Source: a virus (Duplodnaviria > Caudoviricetes). From it: a stretch of DNA of 33,296 nt. Under the pieces are notes generated by a model, which worked only from the letters and a program-made list of their open reading frames with translations, did no database searches and was not told the origin of the DNA. This document shows positions 1 through 7,861 of this stretch, one piece after another; the first letter of the stretch is position 1, and every line of letters starts with the position of its first letter. The position numbers and the translations under genes were made by a program. The stretch is from IMG/VR virus record IMGVR_UViG_3300006115_000041, positions 1 through 33,296 of that record; one strand, written 5' to 3'.

Positions 1-1
1 G

Positions 2-376
2 CTAAAGACCTGGGTCTATTCTTTACCTTTTGCCAAGATAGAGCTAGTCAGTTTCTTTTTCACAGATCACTACTGCCCCCTAAAATATCACAGAGACTTC
101 AATTACTTTCCCGTGGAGCACGGCGATCGGCCCGAGATACCAGATTCACAGCACGACTTCATATGGTTGCGCTGGGATAAACGCAAGAGTTTCTGTTTGT
201 TTGATATAGCGGACGATGGTACCGTCAATGAAATGATTCCAGTAGAAGGATACAGTGCAGCGTTTAATCACTACAACTGGCACGGTAGCACGGACATACT
301 AGACAGGGCCACGCTCAGCATGAAGGTCGAAGGTGCATTTACAGATGAGTTTAAGAAGATAGCCTATGGATTATAA
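2..376 (+). CDS. Putative 2OG-Fe(II) oxygenase / cupin-fold protein, 5'-truncated by the window edge
   Basis: The frame of ORF 113..376 is open back to position 2 (LKTWVYSLPFAKIELVSFFFTDHYCPLKYHRDFNYFPVEHG...). It has an HxD motif (YHRDF) and a distal His (FNHYNWHGS) followed by R, the usual Fe(II)-binding pattern of double-stranded beta-helix enzymes. Confidence 0.5.
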   Translation, partial: LKTWVYSLPFAKIELVSFFFTDHYCPLKYHRDFNYFPVEHGDRPEIPDSQHDFIWLRWDKRKSFCLFDIADDGTVNEMIPVEGYSAAFNHYNWHGSTDILDRATLSMKVEGAFTDEFKKIAYGL

Positions 377-1160
377 TCCACCATTACCTAACTACATTGA
401 TTTGAAACAGCTGTTCAAGGGCAACATAGAGCGCATCAACAGCAAACACGCTAACCAATATGCGCTAGATGACCAAGGCAACCGTATCGTCTACTTCTCC
501 GGAGAAGATAAACCAGAACTATTTGAAAACAATCTAGACAAACAACCTGCCGATTGGCACTATAGGCATAAACAAGTTACCTATAGATGCAATTCTAGAT
601 TCTATCGCTGCGCAGAATGGGACACCGTCGATTGGGCTTCTAGCGTAGTATTGTTTGGTTGCAGCCAAGTACAGGGGCAGGGCCTAGCTGAAGATGAGAC
701 TATAAGCGAACAGCTAGCACAGCTATTAGGTCGACCTGTGATCAATCTCGGAGTAGGTGGGTCGGGTATGATGTATAATCTTCATAATAGTCTACTGCTA
801 ATGAAAAACTTTCCCACACCCTGGGCTGTGGTACAGCAGTGGCCCAATGCGGATCGCATACACGTCTTTAGTGATTATCTAATGACGATGGGTCCATGGG
901 ATCCGGACCAGCACCCTCTGTTTATGTCCTGGAACCAAGATGCTAGCAATGCACAGCTACAGGCGATCTTTGTTAAAGAAATGAGCGAAACGCTGTGGAA
1001 AAACCGCACTAGGTATTATTCATTAACACAGTCTTGGCATACCGCGCAAGCTATAAATTGCGATTGGGTGGAAAGAGTAGATTTTGCTAGAGATCTAGGA
1101 CATCCGGGACCATTGACTGCGGCTGCCGTTGCTGGATATATCGCCAAACGATTAAGCTGA
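366..1160 (+). CDS. SGNH/GDSL-like hydrolase (esterase/acyltransferase family)
   Basis: Block I VVLFGCS, block II INLGVGGSG, and C-terminal DxxH (RDLGHPG). The start overlaps the upstream ORF. Confidence 0.7.
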   Translation: MDYNPPLPNYIDLKQLFKGNIERINSKHANQYALDDQGNRIVYFSGEDKPELFENNLDKQPADWHYRHKQVTYRCNSRFYRCAEWDTVDWASSVVLFGCSQVQGQGLAEDETISEQLAQLLGRPVINLGVGGSGMMYNLHNSLLLMKNFPTPWAVVQQWPNADRIHVFSDYLMTMGPWDPDQHPLFMSWNQDASNAQLQAIFVKEMSETLWKNRTRYYSLTQSWHTAQAINCDWVERVDFARDLGHPGPLTAAAVAGYIAKRLS

Positions 1161-1913
1161 TAGATCGTAAAAGAATTCGCTAGAGATAAATCCTCGATCA
1201 GTGATCTTGTCTAGCGTTATAATGCCTCTAGCGAATCCTGTGGTTAGATTCAATAGATATCCGTTTTCGATAGTCTGTATCAGCTTATTGGTTAGGATAG
1301 GGTGTGTAGATCTCAAGAAATGTCCAGCCCTGGGATCTCTCCTCACCAGCTGCTCTATCCGGCTGCGATCTGCCTCATCTATCTCTTGATAGCTTATAGA
1401 AACAAGAGATCCTATCGCGAATCTTAGATTAGACCATCTATCAGTCATATCTCTATAAACATCTTCTGTTTCTGGAAAGCAGGCCATCACTATGATCTTA
1501 ACACCTTTGCCGGCTAGATCATTTAGATTATACAAGAAGTTTATCAATCCGAGATCCTGATTCCTAGGATTGTCTAGGTACATTATGAATTTCTCAAAAG
1601 CATCTCGTTCATCTCTGCCATAAGGATGCTCTTGATGATCAAAGCTCCAGGCGTGTGATAGCATAGGTCTGTCACGGAAGAACCATTGCCTGATAACGTG
1701 TGTTAAACAGACTATCACTACATCTCCGGGTAGTATATCGTTTCTAACAGATTCGACTCGATCATATGTATAAGATAAGCTAGTCGATCCTAGTGCCAGA
1801 TTACGTACAGGTTGATTGAAATGTTTTGCCACTGCTTCTGTCCAAGCAAAGCTAGTATCTCTACCGCCGCCATCGATCTCTGCGTAGCTGTCTCCAAATA
1901 TCCAAAACGTCAT
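1152..1913 (-). CDS. SGNH/GDSL-like hydrolase
   Basis: N-terminal WIFGDSY, block II RNLALGSTS, and C-terminal DPRAGH. ATGA overlap with the helicase stop. Confidence 0.65.
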   Translation of the reverse strand: MTFWIFGDSYAEIDGGGRDTSFAWTEAVAKHFNQPVRNLALGSTSLSYTYDRVESVRNDILPGDVVIVCLTHVIRQWFFRDRPMLSHAWSFDHQEHPYGRDERDAFEKFIMYLDNPRNQDLGLINFLYNLNDLAGKGVKIIVMACFPETEDVYRDMTDRWSNLRFAIGSLVSISYQEIDEADRSRIEQLVRRDPRAGHFLRSTHPILTNKLIQTIENGYLLNLTTGFARGIITLDKITDRGFISSEFFYDLSA

Positions 1914-3325
1914 AGGTCTTCCGGACTCTCTATATTGTTAAGCAGTTCTCTCAGCTTTGAGCTTCCGACATTAGCACGTACCTTGGCCATCTCTCGTATA
2001 GGATCGGCTTCTGTCTTTTGTGCCGGAGTAACCGTAGTACGATTCTTGATGCTTTCAGCGATACGATTGCGACCACCGGTTGGATTGCTATCTTCGTCCT
2101 GCTCATCGCAGTCTGTGATACGCAGCGTATCTGGATCAAACGCTAGATCAACTTTCTGCCCTACGCCGCTACTACTTCTAGTCTTCATAAACTGTATCTG
2201 ATAGCGTCCGCGCTCACGCATAGCACGGCTAGTAAAGATACCAATCACGTTATCTGCTGTTTGGATCTTAGATAGTCCACCACTGATATGGCTATGATCG
2301 AACTCTACTTCTTCCACTGCTGCTCTGTTCAGCTGGCTTGCTGTTACAGTGATGGCACCAATCTCCATAGCAAAGTTTCGCAATTCCTCACTCACATACT
2401 TGTCCTTGATGAATAGATTCTCAGGACTGATCTTGATCGATATGGGCATCAGTAGATCTAGATAATCGATCAAGATAACATCTGGAGTATGTCCTTTGCG
2501 TATGCTGTACTCTTTGACATAAGCACGTAGATCATTTACATTCTTACCGCTGGGCATATACTTGACCTGTATAGCTCCGCTGCGCTTGCCTGCCACCCGT
2601 ACTTTTAGTTCTACTTCGTCTATGCTCTTAAAGATCTCACGGGTAGTGATACCTGTGATCATGCTATCAATGCGCATACTAGTCAGTGCTTCACTAAGTT
2701 CGAGCGTAACATACAATACATTAAGTCCAACACTCGCAAAGTTAACAGCTAGATTCTGCAAGAACAGACTCTTGCCTGCGCCAGATCCTCCACAGAAGAT
2801 GTTAAGCTCACCTCGATTGAATCCACCATATAGCTTCTGATCAACAGCTTTCCATCCTGTGCTCAACTGTCCGTTGTTGTCTTTAAGCATCAGCAGTCGC
2901 GCCCTAGGATCAGCAAAGTAGTCTGTGCCCATATCTTTAGCTAGACTTATCTGCACTGCTGCTTTGATCTTGGCTTCTACTGGACCATACTCGCCTTTTT
3001 CTAATAGGTCTGCCGACTCTAAGATAGCCCTTTCCAGCGCCTTATGTCTAGAGAATCTCTCAAATTCATCTAGCAACCAGTCATAGTTCTCTTTAGGAAC
3101 ATCTGTAGCATCCGATAGGTCTAACCCGGTCTCGGCCCTGATGATGCGTAGCTCGGGCATCACCTTGTATTTGTCAACATAAGTCTTTAGGTAATCTGCT
3201 GTAGATTTCAATCTACGATCAAAGTTCTCGCTGTCAAATATGTTCTGGCAACGCACAAATGTTTCTGCATCTGCCAAGAACATTTCAAGATAGAGTTTCT
3301 GTATGTCGTAATTATAATCTGCCAT
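1910..3325 (-). CDS. gp41: Replicative DnaB-like DNA helicase (T4 gp41 family)
   Basis: STGW..VD motif, Walker A GGSGAGKS, YVTLELSE, Walker B ILIDYLDL, TASQLNR, and KTRS arginine finger. Confidence 0.95.
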   Translation of the reverse strand: MADYNYDIQKLYLEMFLADAETFVRCQNIFDSENFDRRLKSTADYLKTYVDKYKVMPELRIIRAETGLDLSDATDVPKENYDWLLDEFERFSRHKALERAILESADLLEKGEYGPVEAKIKAAVQISLAKDMGTDYFADPRARLLMLKDNNGQLSTGWKAVDQKLYGGFNRGELNIFCGGSGAGKSLFLQNLAVNFASVGLNVLYVTLELSEALTSMRIDSMITGITTREIFKSIDEVELKVRVAGKRSGAIQVKYMPSGKNVNDLRAYVKEYSIRKGHTPDVILIDYLDLLMPISIKISPENLFIKDKYVSEELRNFAMEIGAITVTASQLNRAAVEEVEFDHSHISGGLSKIQTADNVIGIFTSRAMRERGRYQIQFMKTRSSSGVGQKVDLAFDPDTLRITDCDEQDEDSNPTGGRNRIAESIKNRTTVTPAQKTEADPIREMAKVRANVGSSKLRELLNNIESPEDL

Positions 3326-3330
3326 AGTTT

Positions 3331-3359
3331 ATTATACTATCTCCCTGTTGGTATAGCAA
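3331..3359 (-). promoter_or_regulatory. Sigma70-type promoter for the helicase (TTGCTA-17-TATAAT)
   Basis: The minus strand reads TTGCTA (3359-3354), a 17-nt spacer, TATAAT (3336-3331), 5 nt, then ATG. Confidence 0.7.
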
Positions 3360-3361
3360 TC

Positions 3362-4822
3362 TTATTTTTCGTAAGTGTGTACGTTTACATTGTATCGTTC
3401 TTCGAAACACTTCGCACCCCAGAGATCGTTTACCATAGGTTGTCCTTTGATGTTTAGGCTTGTGTTTAATAATACAGGACATCCGGTTAGTTCATACCAT
3501 TCTTCTAGTAACACACGTAGTCCATGATTGCTATACGGTACAGTCTGTACCCTGCAGGTTCCATCTACGTGTAGTGCTGCAGGTATAGATTCTGGTTTCA
3601 GACACTTGACTGCATACTGCATATATCTAGAATCTTTACCTTTTAAATCAAAATACTCGTCGGCTAGCTCTTCTAATATCACGGGTGCGAAAGGTCGGAA
3701 CTGTTGTCTCTGTTTGATCGTGTTGACTTTCTCTTTCATATCTAGTGTAGTAGGATCTGCTAACAAACTACGATTTCCCAGTGCCCTGGGACCAAACTCC
3801 GCAGAACCATTAGCTACTCCGACGATGCCTGTAGTCGTTAAATCTAGCAGGGCTTTTTGTACGGGATAGTTGCCTGATATATTATGTCCCCAAAAACAGT
3901 GATTCCACTTTATATGTTTCTTCTTGTGTGCCAGTACAGCACCAACAGCCGATCCACTATCTCCTGGATTAGGAAATATCCATACATCTTTAAACTGTCG
4001 CCAAGCTAACACATTTGCCACACAGTTAAGCGCACATCCTCCAGCTAATGCTAGATTATCGCTACCAGTATGGTGTCTGGCTATCATCAACAGTTTCTCA
4101 AATTCTCTCTCGTATATCCACTGTGTAGCAGCGGCTATATCAAATAGATCCTGTGTAGTGTTTAAGCTAAACAACCAATTAGCATAGCCCCTATGCAGGT
4201 TTTTCTTTACTCCGTCATTGGAGAACATATCTGCATACATTTGATCCTTGAGCCTGTGTGGATCTCCATATGCGGCCATACCCATGAGTATGTACTCGTC
4301 TTCTTGAGGTTTAAGTCCGACACGCTGTGTCATAGCACTGTAAAACAGTCCGAGGCTATTGGGATAGGACCTAGTCCAAACTTTCTTTAGCTTAGAGTCG
4401 CTAGCTTTCCATACACTAACAGTATCCCATTCTCCGATGCTATCTACTACTAGAACAGCGCATTCTCTGAAACGAGAAGTATAGTATGCTGCTGCGGCGT
4501 GAGACAGATGATGATCCGTGTAAGTGATATTAGCAGTTATATCTCGATCTTCTAGATAAGTCCTAATATCGTTATCTCGCCATTTCCAGCCCTGCCCTGC
4601 CCACAGCTGTCTAAATGTTTTACTAAGAGGACGCTCATACCAAAATACTTCTTTTGGATCACCATATTTTTTCTTCAGGTACTGTACCATACTAGCGGGT
4701 ATGTTAGCGTCATTCTTTATCCCGCTAAAACGTTCTGTTTGGCTTGCAAACATCAAACTGTTATTGTCAAATACTGCTACAGCAGCGTCGTGGCTATTAG
4801 CCGAAATTCCCCATGTGATCAT
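3362..4822 (-). CDS. Carbamoyltransferase (NodU/CmcH/TobZ family)
   Basis: N-terminal GIS..SHDAAVA, HHLSHAAAAYY, DSIGE, EYILMGMAAYG and LAGGCALNC (Kae1-like domain). C-terminal EFGPRALGNRS, FRPFAP and LLNTSLN (YrdC-like domain). Confidence 0.95.
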   Translation of the reverse strand: MITWGISANSHDAAVAVFDNNSLMFASQTERFSGIKNDANIPASMVQYLKKKYGDPKEVFWYERPLSKTFRQLWAGQGWKWRDNDIRTYLEDRDITANITYTDHHLSHAAAAYYTSRFRECAVLVVDSIGEWDTVSVWKASDSKLKKVWTRSYPNSLGLFYSAMTQRVGLKPQEDEYILMGMAAYGDPHRLKDQMYADMFSNDGVKKNLHRGYANWLFSLNTTQDLFDIAAATQWIYEREFEKLLMIARHHTGSDNLALAGGCALNCVANVLAWRQFKDVWIFPNPGDSGSAVGAVLAHKKKHIKWNHCFWGHNISGNYPVQKALLDLTTTGIVGVANGSAEFGPRALGNRSLLADPTTLDMKEKVNTIKQRQQFRPFAPVILEELADEYFDLKGKDSRYMQYAVKCLKPESIPAALHVDGTCRVQTVPYSNHGLRVLLEEWYELTGCPVLLNTSLNIKGQPMVNDLWGAKCFEERYNVNVHTYEK

Positions 4823-4944
4823 TTGTATATAAACGGGTCCCTTTTGCGTAGTTCAGCTAATCTCTTCTTGTATCGTTGCTTGTCTTTAAAGACCTTGTAA
4901 GGCCAAGAAATTAAATTCCAAAGTTCTATCAAGAAAGTTTTCAT
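4819..4944 (-). CDS. 41-aa small basic protein coupled to the carbamoyltransferase (absent from the ORF track)
   Basis: Translated by hand as MKTFLIELWNLISWPYKVFKDKQRYKKRLAELRKRDPFIYK*. It exactly fills the gap, with ATGA overlaps on both the primase stop and the carbamoyltransferase start. Confidence 0.8.
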   Translation of the reverse strand: MKTFLIELWNLISWPYKVFKDKQRYKKRLAELRKRDPFIYK

Positions 4945-5906
4945 AACTTCATCCTCAGTTTAATTTTTAGATCACTAGTTTCTACATTTTTGCATATACT
5001 TAGCATGGTAGCTAAACGGCCGTATTTTAAAACTGCATCACCTGCATCCTTAATATCCTCGGCCCATTCTGGAAATGCCACCGCCCACCCTAGTTCGATA
5101 GCCTGTCGTATCATAGATTCTCCAGCTTTATCTCGATCCGGAACTACTATTACCTGTCTACCTAAGCTGTTGATCTGCTGTGCTTGCTGTGCTGATATCT
5201 CATTAGTCAATACAGCGACACCTCCTAGTAACACTGCATCTATGCTACCTTCAAATACCAAAACAAATTTACGATCATATCCCTGTCGATCTAGATTGAA
5301 TACTAGGTGCGCAGGATGCTCTGTTAGATACTTAGGATTTCCCTTGCCACATTTACGTGCGATATAACCAACAGGTTTTTGATCTACAGTCAGCGGTATG
5401 ATAAATCTATCTGCATATCTCTCACTCCAATAGAAATCAAAGTCATCTAGTGTTAGCCCCCTTGAATAGATATATTCAACTACTGGAATAACACGCTCTT
5501 CTCTTGTTATTAGATCTGCATCTATCCGTTGGCTGTTAGGTGGAAAGTCACGAGGCACGAACACAGGTAGGGTTATAATGCCGTTCGTATCTGTTAGCTT
5601 ACCTGCTTCTATCTTCATGCATTCAAACGCTAGGCGATTGATCTGCTCATCCGATGCCCCGTTCCAACGGAATAGGTCTTTCATACGTGCGCCTAGATTC
5701 CTACCTGGTCTCCAACTGGCTTTCCATCCGCAGTTAAAACAATGGTAGCTCACACCATTGTCGTCTGTGCGTTTCACACCACCGCGCTTCTTGGTATCTC
5801 GGCTTTCACCATTGTGTACACAGCAGGGAGCATTAAAACTAGTCCACCCGTTAGGTGTAGTTTTTTTATTAGAAATTAATGCTAACAGTTCGTCATGGAG
5901 GTCCAT
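4941..5906 (-). CDS. gp61: DNA primase (T4 gp61/DnaG-like)
   Basis: N-terminal Zn-binding region (APCC...YHCFNCG), RFIIP and PKY motifs, TOPRIM motifs VFEGSIDA and PDRD, and KDAGD. Confidence 0.9.
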   Translation of the reverse strand: MDLHDELLALISNKKTTPNGWTSFNAPCCVHNGESRDTKKRGGVKRTDDNGVSYHCFNCGWKASWRPGRNLGARMKDLFRWNGASDEQINRLAFECMKIEAGKLTDTNGIITLPVFVPRDFPPNSQRIDADLITREERVIPVVEYIYSRGLTLDDFDFYWSERYADRFIIPLTVDQKPVGYIARKCGKGNPKYLTEHPAHLVFNLDRQGYDRKFVLVFEGSIDAVLLGGVAVLTNEISAQQAQQINSLGRQVIVVPDRDKAGESMIRQAIELGWAVAFPEWAEDIKDAGDAVLKYGRLATMLSICKNVETSDLKIKLRMKL

Positions 5907-5912
5907 GAGTAT

Positions 5913-5941
5913 ATATTAGCTTCTATATAGGATTTTGTCAA
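5913..5941 (-). promoter_or_regulatory. Sigma70-type promoter for the primase (TTGACA-17-TAATAT)
   Basis: Perfect -35 TTGACA (5941-5936), a 17-nt spacer, TAATAT (5918-5913), then 6 nt to ATG. No SD is visible. Confidence 0.65.
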
Positions 5942-6713
5942 CCGTTCCTGTGTTAGTGATGTCCGGTTCAACACGGAATCTTACAAAGCCAAACACGCCA
6001 TAGAAATTGATATAGTTTACGGTATCAGATGGCTGTATAGGTTGGCTAGTCAATGTAGACCATTTAACAACATCACCTATAGCATTTTCCATAGACACTT
6101 CTATGTTTACTGCTCCGTAGAAATCGGTACTGTTTATCTGTGCCGTATGAAGAGCGTTGTTGTTGCTGTTCTTTTCTGGATCAGCATAGATAGCACTAGT
6201 ATATAGACTGCGATCTGGTTGTTGATAACTTAGTTGATCGCTAGTAAAGAAATCAGTAATAGCAACACTAGGTAATACCTGAGGAAAACTGTTGGCTACT
6301 ACTTCTACTGCTACCGTAGGTCCAAACTGGCTATCTCCATAGAGTATGCTCTTAACTCCGTAAATATCGACTAGGTAAACGCTATACATATATTTTCCGC
6401 TATTGATAGGTTCGAGATCGGCTTCTGGTATAGTTAACCTCACTAGGCTATTTTCCGGACCCTGTAGCGTATACTGCATCTGATATATTAAATTGCTAGT
6501 ATCTCGATCGAGCAACAACCAGTAGAGGGTAGAACCAACAACATTAAGTAACTTCTGATCATTGTTTAAGAGCCTAAGTTCAAAAGTGTTATCTATACCT
6601 TTATGTAGTCGCAGTGTCCTAGCATACATTTTTCTATATCCTGTCTGAACGGGATCCAAATTAGAGTAAAGGTCTTGGCGATTTGGGTATAAATACGCGG
6701 ACTGTTTAATCAT
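5916..6713 (-). CDS. Hypothetical protein, beta-rich, possibly virion structural
   Basis: 265-aa ORF with an alternating hydrophobic beta-strand pattern. It is preceded by the SD AAGGA and the late-type motif CATAAATA. Confidence 0.45.
   Translation of the reverse strand: MIKQSAYLYPNRQDLYSNLDPVQTGYRKMYARTLRLHKGIDNTFELRLLNNDQKLLNVVGSTLYWLLLDRDTSNLIYQMQYTLQGPENSLVRLTIPEADLEPINSGKYMYSVYLVDIYGVKSILYGDSQFGPTVAVEVVANSFPQVLPSVAITDFFTSDQLSYQQPDRSLYTSAIYADPEKNSNNNALHTAQINSTDFYGAVNIEVSMENAIGDVVKWSTLTSQPIQPSDTVNYINFYGVFGFVRFRVEPDITNTGTVDKILYRS
6688..6695 (+). promoter_or_regulatory. T4-type late promoter TATAAATA for the plus-strand gene at 6738
   Basis: Exact TATAAATA ending 42 nt upstream of the ATG of the only plus-strand gene in the block. 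Confidence 0.55.
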
Positions 6714-6732
6714 CTTTAAGGATCCTTTTTTA

Positions 6733-6740
6733 TATTTATG
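6733..6740 (-). promoter_or_regulatory. Late-type promoter (CATAAATA) for gene 5916..6713
   Basis: ATAAATA core about 20 nt upstream of the ATG, followed by AAAAAGGATC (SD). Confidence 0.5.
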
Positions 6741-7109
6741 ACTAATTTAACTGAAAAGATACAAGATCAATTTCCGTTTATAACTATTCTAACATATGGT
6801 AATCAAGAATATGTATGCATAGTTATCAATCAAGATACGAGCATCACTAGCATTTACGATTATAATATCTTAAAAAGCGAAAGCGATAAGAAATTATTTT
6901 TAGAAATGGGTGAAGCTTGGTGGTGGGAATCAAATCGTATGCTGCCCATCAACATATATCTGCGTAAAGAAATGGAATATTTTAAATATGCTATTAAGAA
7001 TTTTAGCACCAAAGATGTTAATGTATCAATTGGTCCTATAGTTAATCTTCACAACATAATGCTAAAACGTGTTAAGAGAAGGCACGTACAGTTAGTTCGA
7101 CGTCGTTAA
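6738..7109 (+). CDS. Hypothetical protein
   Basis: 123-aa ORF filling the gap between two minus-strand genes. It has a distinctive WWWESNR motif and a basic C-terminus. Confidence 0.7.
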   Translation: MTNLTEKIQDQFPFITILTYGNQEYVCIVINQDTSITSIYDYNILKSESDKKLFLEMGEAWWWESNRMLPINIYLRKEMEYFKYAIKNFSTKDVNVSIGPIVNLHNIMLKRVKRRHVQLVRRR

Positions 7110-7667
7110 TAATTGCTCACATATTAGATTAAGCTGCACTACGATAGCACAAGCATATGCGATAGCGTGTGATCTCTTAAAGAAATATTGATCTTCAGCA
7201 GGTCTCTCCCATACTTCTCTCATTATTTCATTCCAACTTTTTTCATTTAAATATCTTTTAGCAGGACGTATGATAGCTAATACTGCTGCCAGCTGTTCTA
7301 TGCTAGTTGGTTTTAGCTTGCTCACTAGATCATAGTGTGCATTGATATGGAATAACTTTTCTACTATTTCTCTGTGTTCTAATAGAATCCACAATGGTTC
7401 TATATTTAATAAACGCTGTAAATGCTCTTCGTTCTCAACCCCATCATATATGCTGACATTGAGGAAGTCTATCTTGAAATAGCCTCTCGATTCTGCTGTC
7501 TCATAATCTATAGTAGACAGGTTAGTAAAAGGATCGTGAGGTATCTCTTGCGCATAGATTCCAGTATTATGCTTGACAGACTTCCCTTTATCTTTCCGCA
7601 TCGCCACGCGATGATCTATTAGATCTAATATCTTGTTGCGATCTGAAAAATCAATGTCGATATCCAT
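7092..7667 (-). CDS. Minimal DNA polymerase III alpha (DnaE, family C)-like nucleotidyltransferase core
   Basis: DnaE motifs in canonical order: DIDIDF, HNTGIY (cf. HAGGVV), GYFKIDFL (cf. GLVKFDFL), LAAVLAIIRP (cf. IALVALFRP) and FKRSHAIAYA (cf. FNKSHSAAYA). The protein is only 191 aa. Confidence 0.8.
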   Translation of the reverse strand: MDIDIDFSDRNKILDLIDHRVAMRKDKGKSVKHNTGIYAQEIPHDPFTNLSTIDYETAESRGYFKIDFLNVSIYDGVENEEHLQRLLNIEPLWILLEHREIVEKLFHINAHYDLVSKLKPTSIEQLAAVLAIIRPAKRYLNEKSWNEIMREVWERPAEDQYFFKRSHAIAYACAIVVQLNLICEQLLTTSN

Positions 7668-7861
7668 TAATGCTCCGTGTCGCTATTAAAAAGTAATAAT
7701 GGTAAGTGATTAGTTAAGTATTCAGCAAATTGCTCTAGTTGTTCTTTGCCTTCGAATCCTGTAAACTTTACATAAAGTACACCAGAGTCTTCATCGGTTA
7801 ATACTTTATACTTTAGATCTACAGCTTCAACAGAATTTTTTCCCATAGTGTCGATATACAT
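7667..7861 (-). CDS. Hypothetical protein
   Basis: 64-aa ORF with TAATG overlaps on both neighbours. Confidence 0.65.
   Translation of the reverse strand: MYIDTMGKNSVEAVDLKYKVLTDEDSGVLYVKFTGFEGKEQLEQFAEYLTNHLPLLLFNSDTEH

Noticed and set aside
7092-7861. Mini-DnaE as a pseudogene or a frameshift/intein-split polymerase
   Set aside because: The deletions are internal and in frame, the catalytic residues are intact, and the flanking ORFs show no PHP, OB or intein motifs. This cannot be fully excluded without the rest of the genome.
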